NCBI GenBank assembly: GCA_030141605.1
Contig: JAQGDQ010000851.1
Location: 1 to 64,000, forward strand
Length of the DNA: 64,000 nucleotides
Source: Tubiluchus corallicola
Lineage: Eukaryota; Animalia; Priapulida
Direction: 5' to 3'
The translations under genes and the position numbers were made by a program. The notes beneath the pieces are model-generated. The model worked only from the letters and a program-made list of their open reading frames with translations, searched no databases and was not told the origin of the DNA. Shown here piece after piece: positions 51,216 to 63,796 of the stretch. The stretch's first letter is position 1, and each line of letters opens with the position of its first letter.

Positions 51216-51742
51216 ATGATGATGCCGATGACGATGACGATGACGATGGCGATGGATGGATGGATGAATGTGGGGATGAATGGATGGATGGATGGATGGA
51301 TGTGGGGATGGATGGATGGATGGACGGACGGACGGACGGATGGATTGACGGATGGATATATGGAGGGATGGATGGATGGATGGATGGATGGATGGATGGA
51401 TGGATGGATGGATGGATGGACTGACGGACAGATGGACGGATGGATATGTAGATGGATGGATGGATGGATGGATGGATGGATGGATGGATGGATGGATGGA
51501 TGGATGGATGGATGGATGGATGGATGGATGGATGGATGGATGGATGGATGGATGGATGGATGGATGGATGGATGGATGGACAGATTGATGGATGTGGGGA
51601 TGGATGGATGGATGGACGGACGGACGGATGGATGGACGGATGGATATATGAATGGATGGATATATGGATGGATGGATGGATGGATGGACGGATTGATGGA
51701 TAGACAGACAGACAGATAAACAGATGGACAGACAGACTGACA
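51216..51742. repeat. (GAT)n then (GATG)n/(GACG)n/(GACA)n microsatellite
   Basis: Direct reading; source of the MDGW ORFs. Confidence 0.96.
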
Positions 51743-53138
51743 GCTAGTTAGTTATTTTGTAAATATATATAGGTAGGTGTGACGTAATTTAACATTTCAT
51801 ACGTCAGAGCATTCGTACCACACTCATTATTAACTAACGAAAAGTATAAATGACTTTATATCATCAATAAGATCAATAACGTGTTTTTGGTGAATCAGTG
51901 GTGCACACTGGGATAGCGATCCCGTGCCATTTTACTAAGTGGCGCGAATATCTTAAATTATCAAGAATTTTATTTTTCAGTTACGCAAGCCTGTGAAGCG
52001 AGCAAGCGTAATTCTGAGTAATATAACTTTGTACGGCGAACTTTTAGGACATCCATAGAATTAGAGTAGATACTTTAGAATCACCCTTTCTTACCCTTGA
52101 AGTTACTTTGGTTTTGGCTGGCTTTACCCTGACGTGCCTTTATCCCACGACCTTAACTGAACCGATGCTATCAATAATTTAACACAACAATCAAAGAGCT
52201 TCGCGTAAGATGAACAGCATAAATAGAAGCCACGTACAATGCGCATCTGCGGAAGCCAGTTTTTGGTATCATTCGTCTTTGTAAATATTACATGGGCCAA
52301 TACAAAAGATTGCTTTTGTATTTAAATGATTTAATGCGGCGCTTTGTGCGGCTTGAAACGCAAGCGCTTCGGTTCATAATGTCATCCGCCTTTTTATTAA
52401 AGAAAGCAGAGTTTGTGTGATTGTTGCTGTTTTAAATATTACATGGTCTCCGTGTAATATGTTTATGACCGCTTTGCTTGGCATGCTATCAGTATTTAAA
52501 TGATTAAAGTGTACTTTTCTGAGAGAGTTTCTATGTTAAAGAGCTCAGACGTTGTGACTTAACAAACCAGCACCGGGTCACTGAATTTCTTATAGTGTAG
52601 TACAGGCTGCAGCCTATGGGCCCCTCAAGCGCAGGGGGGGGGGGGGTGGCTGCCTACTAAAACAATTTCAAGTATAAATTTTTAGTAAATATATAGTAAG
52701 ATATATTTCTTAAATAATGTTTTTATGGACAAACAGAGGGTAGCTATTCGAGGTTATTTTAAAGAATTTGCAATAAGTTTAATTTAAGCTATGTAATGTC
52801 TAACATATATCACGCTATGATATATCACGAGTAAAAATATTCGAGACGAATACGGGAGGGTTACCGGGTGGCTCCACTGGGGGCAGGCCTCATAATTTCA
52901 TTTGCTTTAGGCCCAAAAAGGTCAGTATCCGGGCCTGGGGGTCAGCATGTGGTGTAGATTTGGAAAACTTTTGGATTCGTGTTACCAAAATTTCAATAGA
53001 ATTCATAACAGCGTAGCAGCTGATAGTGTGGTAAACTGTACGTTACCGAAAACGCGTAATTTGCATAGGCATAAATAATCTTAAATAATCTTAAATAATC
53101 TTAATCGCTTGCCTGTATTTTGAAGTCAAGTTTTAAGT

Positions 53139-53520
53139 TTAAGCGAAGACAATATGATTTTTCATATACTACCCATTTTTAAGTCCGATAAAAAGAATAC
53201 ATTTTAACACAAGCAATACTGCAAAAGGGTTTCTGATAATTAAATTATAGATTAAAAACTTAATTAACGCCGGGAAAGCCCAACTGTTGATGACGTCACA
53301 AACTAACATAATTTTCAACAGCAAAAACGTTCCACGAGCGTGTTGCACGTGTTTGCTAAAGCGAAAATTGAAGTACATTGCTACTGTAAGATATTCAGTG
53401 TGTTGTACTAAAACTAGGCAAGTTTTAAGATAAAAATTCAAATTTCAAATTTACCGCTGTGCTCACACATGAGCTGTCGAATGTGTGTAGTTCGTCACAA
53501 ACGAATACATCTGAACAGAA
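53139..53520 (+). mobile_element. Kolobok-like MITE family A, left part
   Basis: ATGATTTTTCATATACTACCCATTTT ... GTTCGTCACAAAC. Confidence 0.82.
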
Positions 53521-53920
53521 CTGAGCAACGAGCATGAAAAAATTGTTTTTTGAACAAAGTAGAGGATGAATTTCATGTAATTACCGAATGTCAACTGTAC
53601 GCTCATACTAGAGAGAAATGTTTTTGTATTCTTTCTGATTTCTGTCCTTATTTTCATTATATGTTTCCTAATGAGCAGTTCGTGTTTTTCAATGCATCAA
53701 AAGATGTAGATGTTATTAAAATTAATGCCAGATTGGTCCACAAAATGTTTAAAGACAGACCTGACTGAGATAACTCAGTGCAAGCTTGATTGACTGACTA
53801 ACTGTAATACATACGTAACATTAAGTTTATGACATATATGTATGTTGCTCTGTTGTATGTGTTTTTTGTACTTGAACCATTATATCACTTATATGTGGTT
53901 TCTTTCTTTAGATGTGTAAT
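53521..53920 (+). mobile_element. LINE ORF2 C-terminal remnant (CR1/L2-group-like) plus 3'UTR
   Basis: EQRA*KNCFLNKVEDEFHVITECQLYAHTREK matches the R.C..C...EDEFH...C..Y...R motif; stop at 53768. Confidence 0.75.
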
Positions 53921-53925
53921 GTTTT

Positions 53926-54595
53926 TTAAAGCACAAGAAAGCCCTCAACTTACATAAAGTTTAAAATATCACTTACATACTGCCTTTTTGCATATTAGAC
54001 TTGCGTCGGCAGTAACGCTGTATAAAACATGTAAATTTAAACTCCCGCAATGACCATTAGACGCCGCCATTTTGATGATAAGTCATTTGAAACAAGTTTA
54101 GATAACACTGAGTAAAGTTTGAAAAAATACTTAGAGCATTCGTTGCATACATGTTGCTAGCTATGTAAAATTTTAAATTACTGTATCTTGTCAATAAGAT
54201 TAAAAATGCGTTTTTGTTAGTGAGTGGTGCACCCTGGTGGGTGAGTCAGCGACATTTTACTTATTGGTGAAAGCATTTTTAAAAAATTAAAATTTTCTTT
54301 TCTAGTTTCATAAGTCAATCAAGCAGGTAAGCGAAATGCTAAGTAACATAACTTGGAAAGTTTTTCGGGTCGTAATTTAACATTGCCTTTTCTTACCCTG
54401 GTTTACATTGTGCGTGTATGACGTCATGTAATGGCACCGCGTCGGTACAGTATTGCGGGAGATTTAAAATGGAAACGAACAAAAAATTCCTTTCAACGCG
54501 AGTACGATATGTGCATAAAGTTGCTATAAAGTAATAGAATTTTTTAAGGCGATTTTTCTGAAACCACTTCAGGTACCCCTTTTCTTGTCCTTTAA
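53926..54595 (-). mobile_element. Kolobok-like MITE family B, full-length inverted copy
   Basis: TTAA-AGCACAAGAAAGCCC ... CCCCTTTTCTTGTCCT-TTAA. Confidence 0.88.
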
Positions 54596-55099
54596 ATCTA
54601 TTTTTTGTCTCTTGTAATTTACTTTGCTCAGTGGTTCAATAAGTGTACATATCTTATCATTTCATACGACTACAAAACGTTATGCATCGTTTATTCATGG
54701 CTTGTTGAAAATGATCTTAAATTCTAGGCTGTTCAAGACAACGCAGCAATATGAAAGGAAATCGTTTATGTATATGATATGACGTTGTTCAACGTTAAAA
54801 TTTGTTATTTCAGTCTGGATTAAATAATTTGTTCCATACGTACGCGCGTATCGATTTCAAAATCCAGAACCATGCAAATGATGAGGAATCAGATGAAAAA
54901 ATCATCGCGAAAACGATTGCCATCCTGATTCGCTTCCCGGAGAATTGGAAAAATTAGGAAAAATCGAATATCATAATTTTCGTACGGCGACGGCAGCCGT
55001 TGCAAACTGCGGCAAACATTTGTCTTTTGCGAGTAATCTTCCAGAAGAAAAAACTGCCACTTGTTGTTGATTCTTAAAGGGGAATGAAAGGGAATTTTA

Positions 55100-55415
55100 A
55101 ATTGGAATTTTAAAGTATGTCCCGAAAAAATTTTCCACACAAAGTTATATCATTTAGCATTACGCTTAGGTCCTTGAAAGAGTTACGTAACCAGAGAAGA
55201 AATTTGTTAGCCAATTTATGCAGGCAGTCAGAAATTTTATGGAGAAACAACTTTAAAAGGGTGTTTTGAACTATGTCCCGAAAAAATTTTCCACACAAAG
55301 TTATAGTACTTATCATTACGCTTAGCTGCTTGAAAGACTTACGTAACCAAAGAAGAAAATTGTTAGTCAGTTTATGCAGGCAGTCAGAAATTTTATGTAA
55401 AGAAACAACTTTATT
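55100..55415 (+). repeat. ~156-bp tandem duplication of a family B-like fragment
   Basis: TATGTCCCGAAAAAATTTTCCACACAAAGTTATA at ~55116 and ~55272. Confidence 0.8.
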
Positions 55416-55484
55416 AAAGCTTTAAAACGTAAAATAGTAAAAGCAAACCAGTCATTTCGACTGAAGTCTAGCAGTCTTGTCCTC

Positions 55485-55556
55485 GGTTGTGTGGCCGAGT
55501 GGCTTAGATATCGGACTGTAATCACGCAGCCTTGAGTTCGATACTAACGGCTGCCA
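55485..55556 (+). mobile_element. tRNA-derived SINE head or tRNA pseudogene
   Basis: GGTTGTGTGGCCGAGTGG (A box), CTGTAAT anticodon-like loop, GAGTTCGATAC (B box), ends GCTGCCA; stems pair poorly. Confidence 0.65.
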
Positions 55557-55859
55557 ACGCCAGGACATATATCCTACGTGTTATTCATTGCATGTGTGTT
55601 GTGTATTACCTGTATTGTGGTAAGTGTAAGTCACACTATGTTGTCTGTTAAAATGAGCTACTGTAAACAAACCTTGTCTTTCTCTTTTTTCTTTAGTCTT
55701 TTTCAATGATTGAAATTACCAACTAACCAACCAATTTTGTAGGCAAAACCTACAGTACAGAAATTCCCTAATGATGTAACGTGAAAACCAAAGATGTAGT
55801 AAAACAGACTTTTAGGAAAAAGAAATACTGTAAAACTATAGCTAGTTATTTGAAAACAA

Positions 55860-56216
55860 AGTTAATTAAATTGAACTAGGCGGGCGAGCCCAACTATTGA
55901 TGACATCACAAACTAGCATAATTTTCAACAGCTAACATAATTTTCACAAAATTATCTATCTAATTTTTTCTAAAAACTTATATTTTTGATGGAAATTGGT
56001 AGTGCGCTGCTTTTCTTCAGCCGATGAATGACGTCATTGGTGGAAGAATGGGCGTTCAAAATGGCAGCGCCCGAGAGTGAAATGATCCAGACTTTAAAAT
56101 GATTTAATTCTAATTACAAGAGGCGCTTATTGCGCTTTTATTACTAAATTCGAACATCGAATTTTCCCGGACATTGAGATAAGCCTACTTCCCAGAACGT
56201 TTCATCTTTTCTTTAA
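55860..56216. mobile_element. Family A fragment (+) abutting family C left part (-)
   Basis: GGCGAGCCCAACTATTGATGACATCAC, then the reverse complement of family C (GAATGACGTCATTGGTGG...TAAGCCTACTTCCCAGAA). Confidence 0.65.
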
Positions 56217-56489
56217 CGGATTTCCTAAGCATATTGTGAATCAAGTGTTTATGATTGACCTCTATAAAACCTCTGCTGCTGGCCCGACATTGAACTACAA
56301 ACCTTTCAAACATCATTTCTGGTGAATCCCCAGGCTGTCGTGTCGACTGACTAATTCATTACAGCCACTCGTTCAGCTCAATGTGGAAGTCCTAAAAACT
56401 GGTACATAAGTTATGTAATTCGACCCAGTAGACCATTTGTCTGGCGAGCTTCCTCTGAATTGTTGAACTGGGGCGTTTGAGGAGGACGA

Positions 56490-58927
56490 GAATGGGTGAA
56501 CGCGTTTGGATGTGTGCATTGAAGAAGAATGGGTGTACACGTTTGCATTGAAGAAGAATGCGTGAACACGTTTGGATGTGTGCATTGAAGAAGGATGGGT
56601 GTACACGATTGGATGTGTGCATTAAAGAAGAATGGGTGTACACGTTTGGATGTGTGCATTGAAGAAGAATGCGTGTACGCGTTTGGATGTGTGCATTGAA
56701 GAATGGGTGTACACATTTGGATGTGTGCATTGAAGAACAATGCGTGTACACGTTTGAATGTGTGCATTGAAGAAGAATGGGTGTACACGTTCGGATGTGT
56801 GCATTGAAGAATGATGCGTGTACACGTTTGGATGTGTGCATTGAAGAAGGATGGGTGTACACGTTCGGATGTGTGCATTGAAGAATGATGCGTGTACACG
56901 TTCGGTTGTGTGCATTGAAGAAGAATGGGTGTACACGTTTGGATGTGTGCATTGAAGAAGAATGGGTGTACACGTTTGGATGTGTGCATTGAAGAAGAAT
57001 GGGCGTACACGTTTGGATGTGTGCATTGAAGAAGAATGGCTGTACACGTTCGGATGTGTGCATTGAAGAATGATGCGTGTACACGTTTGGATGTGTGCAT
57101 TGAAGAAGGATGGGTGTACACGTTCGGATGTGTGCATTGAAGAATGATGCGTGTACACGTTTGGATGTGTGCATTGAAGAAGGATGGGTGTACACGTTCG
57201 GATGTGTGCATTGAAGAATGATGCGTGTACACGTTCGGATGTGTGCATTGAAGAAGAATGGCTGTACACGTTCGGATGTGTGCATTGAAGAATGATGCGT
57301 GTACACGTTTGGATGTGTGCATTGAAGAATGATGCGTGTAGACGTTCGGATGTGTGCATTGAAGAAGAATGCGTGTACGCATTTAATGTGTGCATTGAAG
57401 AAGAATGCGTGTACACGTTTGGATGTGTGCATTGAAGAAGAATGGGTGTACACGTTCGGATGTGTGCATTGAAGAAGAATGGGTGTACACGTTCGGATGT
57501 GTGCATTGAAGAATGCGTGTACACGTTTGGATGTGTGCATTGAAGAAGGATGGGTGTACACGTTTGGATGTGTGCATTGAAGAATGCGTGTACACGTTTG
57601 GATGTGTGCATTGAAGAAGGGTGCGTGTACACGTTTGGATGTGTGCATTGAAGAAGAATGGGTGTACACGTTTGGATGTGTGCATTGAAGAATGCGTGTA
57701 CACGTTTGGATGTGTGCATTGAAGAATGCGTGTACACGTTTGGATGTGTGCATTGAAGAAGAATGCGTGTACACGTTTGGATGTGTGCATTGAAGAAGAA
57801 TGGGTGTACACGTTCGGATGTGTGCATTGAAGAAGAATGGGTGTACACGTTCGGATGTGTGCATTGAAGAATGCGTGTACACGTTTGGATGTGTGCATTG
57901 AAGAAGGATGGGTGTACACGTTTGGATGTGTGCATTGAAGAAGAATGCGTGTACGCGTTTGGATGTGTGCATTGAAGAATGCGTGTACACGTTTGGATGT
58001 GTGCATTGAAGAATGCGTGTACACGTTTGGATGTGTGCATTGAAGAAGGGTGCGTGTACACGTTTGGATGTGTGCATTGAAGAAGAATGGGTGTACACGT
58101 TTGGATGTGTGCATTGAAGAAGAATGGGCGTACGCGTTTGGATGTGTGCATTGAAGAATGATGCGTGTACACGTTTGGATGTGTGCATTGAAGAATGCGT
58201 GTACACGTTTGGATGTGTGCATTGAAGAAGGATGGGTGTACACGTTTGGATGTGTGCATTGAAGAAGAATGCGTGTACGCGTTTGGATGTGTGCATTGAA
58301 GAATGCGTGTACACGTTTGGATGTGTGCATTGAAGAATGCGTGTACACGTTTGGATGTGTGCATTGAAGAAGGATGCGTGTACACGTTTGGATGTGTGCA
58401 TTGAAGAAGGATGCGTGTACACGTTTGGATGTGTGCATTGAAGAAGAATGCGTGTACGCGTTTGGATGTGTGCATTGAAGAAGAATGCGTGTACACGTTT
58501 GGATGTGTGCATTGAAGAAGGATGCGTGTACACGTTTGGATGTGTGCATTTAAGAAGAATGGGCGTACGCGTTTGGATGTGTGCATTGAAGAATGATGCG
58601 TGTACACGTTTGGATGTGTGCATTGAAGAATGCGTGTACACGTTTGGATGTGTGCATTGAAGAAGGATGGGTGTACACGTTTGGATGTGTGCATTGAAGA
58701 ATGCGTGTACACGTTTGGATGTGTGCATTGAAGAATGCGTGTACACGTTTGGATGTGTGCATTGAAGAAGGATGCGTGTACACGTTTGGATGTGTGCATT
58801 GAAGAAGAATGCTTGTACACGTTTGGATGTGTGCATTGAAGAAGAATGCGTGTACGCGTTTGGATGTGTGCATTGAAGAAGAATGCGTGTACGCGTTTGG
58901 ATGTGTGCATTGAAGAAGAATGGGCGC
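56490..58927. repeat. 34/37-bp minisatellite (~68 units)
   Basis: GTTTGGATGTGTGCATTGAAGAA(GAA)TGSGTGTACAC; the two lengths differ by one GAA. Confidence 0.97.
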
Positions 58928-60755
58928 ATCTTTTTCGTAAAATGCTGCAAAGGCTGATTCTGATGAATCAAAACTCTGCATTTTGGGCAAATTTCTTTTG
59001 TGAACCAGCTTGTCGAGCATATTTTATGGGGTTGACAAGATTGTGGTTCACACTAGTTTGGAATGTTTGTTTTCCGTTGTTGTCGATGAACGGCTTAAGT
59101 CTTTGTGTGACAATCAGTGGCGACGCGTGTATAGGTACTGTGGAACTGTAGCACCCCCTATTTTCACTCAATATTATCGATAACATCCATTATAATAAAT
59201 CTTTTTCTGTAGTTCTTTCTTTATACTTGTACAGAACCAGAGCACGTGAGGGTAGTACTGTTTGCTTCACAGTCCAACACAGTGGTGTGTTTCTCTGTTG
59301 CGCACATGCGGGAATGCACCTGCGAAAACGCGCACATGTCTCAGATAACACGCTGCAGTGCTAGTGCTGCTGCTTGGAAGAGAAAGTACTGTCGCTCACA
59401 CAGTTAGTTGTTGGTTGTCACGTGCTTAAGAACTGTGTACCAGCCTGTTTTTGAGCTACAGAAATTTAGGCTATTCGTAAGCAAGAATTTTTTTGTTTAC
59501 AATTTTTCAAGTTTACGTATAAATTTTCGTATGTTTGTTTGTTTAAAATTACAATTACAACATTAAAATTACACATGTTTGGTTTCATTCTACACAGTAT
59601 TAAAACAATGGCTAAAAATGTTCTGAAGCAGCAGCCCCAGCAATTTTATCTACGAGCCGCTACTGGGCACAATATCAGCAGACTCTTTTCCTGCCTCTCT
59701 CGCTCAATTTACAATACTGCAACGAAACAGACAGCATTTGTTTCTCAGTGTGGCAGGCCATTAATTTCAAGTAGCTACTATACAGACAGAGTTGACACCC
59801 TGGCAATTTGACCGTGACTCTGTCCTAGGTAAAGGTCAACGAGCTCTTGGACTACGATGTGTTGGCTTCTCCTTAAGCCTTTACCCGTCAGAATCCGGTA
59901 CTTTGCCAGGATTATATGAAGTTTTCAACTTGGAGTGTAATTAGTGATGTCATCTGATTCTCACCTCTGTCTGCTAATTCCTTCCGCGAGTTGGCAAATT
60001 TGTGACAGGCAAAGCACTTGATGATATCAGCGGATATGTTGATCAGTTTCAATTCATCATTGGCTGGACTATTGACGGGTGACTAATTCTAATTCAATTA
60101 CAATCTTGTTCCTATAATTCGTATCACGATTAATCTTTTGCGGTAAGTTTGCACACACGTGTACCACAGTAATTCATGAAACATATTTTGTTTTGTGGCT
60201 CAAACACCATTCATGTGAACTTAATTCTATTGTTGAAATATTAAGGTAAAACTTTATTCCTATATTCAACATTTTCTATTTCCTACAGTTATTCCTATAT
60301 TTAATAAGATGGTGTCTTGCTGTACTGCTTACATGGCTTCTCTTGCGATTAAAATTTCCAAATCTTTTAATGGATCTTCTCTGCATTATAACATATCTTC
60401 GGTGTCTACCATATCAGCGGGACTTGACTGTAGTGATGGAGGATTTTGAAATTTTCTCATTCGATTACAATCTTGTTCCTGTAATTCGATATCACGATTA
60501 ATCTTTTGCGGTAATTTTTTAGTGTTTTTAGCCACATTTTTCAAACATTGCAGCCCTGAAATATATAGCCTATAAACTTCTTCGTGGCTTTCGTCGCTGT
60601 CTACCATTTTTGTACTTTCATGGACACTTACATTCATTAACTACTCTATTACTATGTCACACGTCACACGTCACGTGAGAACGAATAAGAAGCACTAGTT
60701 TGTAACACTGTAAGGTGAGAAAAACGAAGAAAAATGCAAGAATTCCGTTTTTTGT

Positions 60756-60965
60756 CTCTTCTCTTCTCTTCTCTTCTCTTCTCTTCTCTTCTCTTCTCTT
60801 CTCTTCTCTTCTCTTCTCTTCTCTTCTCTTCTCTTCTCTTCTCTTCTCTTCTCTTCTCTTCTCTTCTCTTCTCTTCTCTTCTCTTCTCTTCTCTTCCCTT
60901 CCCTTCCCTTCCCTTCCCTTCCCTTCCCTTCCCTTCCCTTCTCTTCTCTTCTCTGTCTCTTCTTC
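60756..60965. repeat. (CTCTT)n/(CCCTT)n polypyrimidine microsatellite
   Basis: Direct reading. Confidence 0.96.
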
Positions 60966-60994
60966 TGTGTGCAACATGTAAATTTTGCTCTCCT

Positions 60995-61097
60995 TTAATC
61001 TCGATTAACTGAATTACTGTTCAATAACCGATTATATCGATTTCTACGTGGTTGTAATCTCGATTAATTCGATTAATCTATTAATTACCCATCACTA
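60995..61097. mobile_element. hAT-type element right terminus with CGATTA subterminal repeats
   Basis: Several TCGATTAA/CGATTA motifs ending CCCATCACTA (reverse of TAGTGATGGG); partner end not verified. Confidence 0.4.
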
Positions 61098-61986
61098 AGC
61101 TTGACGTTCGTTCACTTGTTTTTTTACCGCTCCCTCACTCGCTTTGCATGCTCATTTGTTCTTTTTCAGTGTTAAACGTGAGATTACCGTGTGCGCTTAA
61201 CAACTGCTCAACAACTAAAGTTAAGCAGTGCTCAGCCTAGTCTTTGTGACTGGTTTGTGGTTTCGTCTTCCAAACTCCCTCCTGCGTCATCTTAGAGAAT
61301 TATTGTGAAAAATGGAGTCATTTTTGGGTTTTGCCACAAACATTTGCATCGAGCAAGTTTGGCTGAAAGTTGAACCCCCCAAGCTATGAACTTTTCAAGA
61401 ACATAGCTCATATACAAGCTGGGCATAGATGTGCTCAGATAGATCACTATAATATCACTTTATAGTCACTCAATAATCACTTTATAATCACTCTGTAATC
61501 ACTTTATAATCACTCTATAATCACTATGATAAATATCACCTCAAGGTTAAAGTAGAACCAGACACAATCATAAACTGCAGGTCAAAACAATCTAGTCTTT
61601 AAAATATTGAAAGGAAACGTACTAATTACAATCTAATTTGTGTTTTTAAATGTAAATTCAGTTTATTGTACAACGCTATTGCTCACAGCAGTGCAAACCC
61701 TGGTTTTGCTATTAGTTTTTGAATGTGTAGTTCACCATTCAATGATGTGTAATTTTTATGGCATTGAAGAATTTTATTATTGCTATTATTATTTAAAAGG
61801 ACACATATAAGAGCAAGTAGATTAGTATTAAATTATATTAATGCAGTTAAATTACCCATGATATTGTCAGTTGATATGAAAACGGGACTACAATATAAAG
61901 AAGTAATCAGCAATGCTTGGAATTCCACGTAGTATGCAGTACTGTTTTCTCGCTAACGCCCTCATGCATTAGTTATTATAGGAATA

Positions 61987-62587
61987 TAAAAACAAAACCG
62001 GACCCAATCTTAAGCTGTAGGTCAATACAATTTACTCTTTAAAATACTGAAAAGAAACATACTATTTTTTTCAAAAATGACTTGCGTGAAAGAATTATTA
62101 CCACATAAACACAATTTCGCATCCGCGCCACCAGTTCTTCGCTGTTACATGCATTTCGATATTCGCTAGTCAGACGGCCACTAGTACCTGTATTTCGAAA
62201 GCGTATTGCACAAGAAACAGGCGCTGTACCTCTCAGTTCAGATGTTTTAGTCTGTGACGAACTACACACGTTCGACAGCTAATGCGTGAGCACTGCGGTA
62301 AATTTGAAATTTGAATTTTTATCTTAAAACTTGCCGAATTTTAGTACAACACCCTGAATATCTTACAGTAGCACTGTACTTCAATTTTCACCCTCACAAA
62401 CACGTGCAATGCGCTCGTGGAATATTTCTGTCGTTAAACATTGTCATTTGTGACGTCATCGCTGACTATGCTCACCGGCCGTTAATTACACTATTAGTTA
62501 GTTATCACAAATGCTTTGGTTTTTTTAAAAGTGCTAAATTTTACGTGCATTTTTACCGTATTTAAAAATAGACCTGTTTTCCTTTAA
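61987..62587 (-). mobile_element. Kolobok-like MITE family A, inverted near full-length copy
   Basis: AAAACCGGACCCAATCTTAAGCTGTAGGTC ... CCTGTTTTCCTTTAA. Confidence 0.85.
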
Positions 62588-62715
62588 ATGTTTCGTGTAG
62601 CTGCGTCTGGTTGGTTAGCTACAATGTTGCTTGTCCTGCTCTCTCTCGCGTTTGTTTGTCTGTCTGTGCGTCCGTTCATTTGTTCCTCAGTTTCTTACAT
62701 TTCAATACTATATGT

Positions 62716-63753
62716 TTAAGGGAATCACAGTAAAATTTGTGCTAAAATCTCTAGCAATATCCGATGCAGATGTAGTCAAAAGTCATGTAATAGAGATTAG
62801 TCGTGATCTCACAATCGGTCATAGACATTTCGTTCGAGAATTACTGGCTTCTAGTGGTCAATATTTAAAATAATGTAAAAATTATAACTCAAGTTCTGTT
62901 GATTACGCTAATATACCACTAAATATCCTTGAGTACAAAAAACAGGATATTGAGCATTTTATAACACACCTATGGAAAAATAGATGCCGCACTCGCTACC
63001 AATGCCAGGAATTATATATTCTTCCTGAAAATGTATTTTTAATTCCACTAGACCTTCCTTTTCATACAGGTAGCAGAAGTCTAGAAAAACTATCTTGTAG
63101 CATTTTACTAGACCAAGGTAACTTTAAAGATTTTCTTTTTAAAATTGAATACATACATGAAAATGCCTATATATGTTCAGAGGAAGCACAAACAGTTTAA
63201 CATTTGCTTTTTAATTGTACTTTGGTCGACGAAAATAAAAGATTAGCGCTCGCAAATAGCCTACAATTTCAAAACATTAGTAAAATTTATACATCTCGTG
63301 ACAAAAACCTGCTAGATGTCTTCACTGAGTTAGTTTGTGATTCGTTTTTGCAAACTTTAGTATAAAATATTGAACTTTGCGTAACAGAACAAATCTGTAG
63401 ACATCTAATTTTTCTGTTTCTAGTCACTTTTAGATTATACAGGTCGTTTTGTGTAAACTGGTGCTATTTGATTTTAGTTGTTCTTGTATATTATTTTGAG
63501 GTACGAAATCCGTGATTTATTGGTATATAAAAGTCTTATGAATCTAACAGCTATTTTTATTTACAAAAGTTTTTTAACCATACCCTGCAAATAGAGGGTC
63601 ACTGTATGTATATTATGTAAATATTTGTACATGTGTATAATTTTAAATTTTAAATAGAGAATAATAATAATGATGATAATGATAATGATAATGATAATGA
63701 TAATGATAATGATAATGATAATGATAATGATAATGATAATGATAATGATAATG

Positions 63754-63794
<41 letters not shown>
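62716..63794 (+). mobile_element. 5'-truncated LINE (I/R1-group-like CCHC end) with 12-bp TSD and (ATAATG)n tail
   Basis: TSD AATACTATATGT at 62704-62715 and 63795-63806; one frame to ~63364 with two stops (...HLWKNR...QGNFKDFLFKI...ICSEEAQTV*HLLFNC); hairpin CCCTGCAAATAGAGGG; tail 63660-63794. Confidence 0.85.

Positions 63795-63796
<2 letters not shown>

Noticed and set aside
52568-52937. hAT-like MITE (CAG...CCTG)
   Set aside because: TIR match is poor and there is no TSD; left as unclassified.
661-58927. CRISPR-like appearance of the 23-67-bp arrays
   Set aside because: Units are contiguous with no unique spacers, there are no cas genes, and the context is eukaryotic.
56392-58971. 859-aa and 762-aa ORFs as genes
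   Set aside because: Same cyclic peptide in all frames, produced by a 1-mod-3 minisatellite.
45405-62565. Mutually similar ORFs (LLKIMLVCDVINSW, MNFYLKTC) suggesting a gene family
   Set aside because: They are chance frames within non-coding family A MITE copies and are not kept open across copies.
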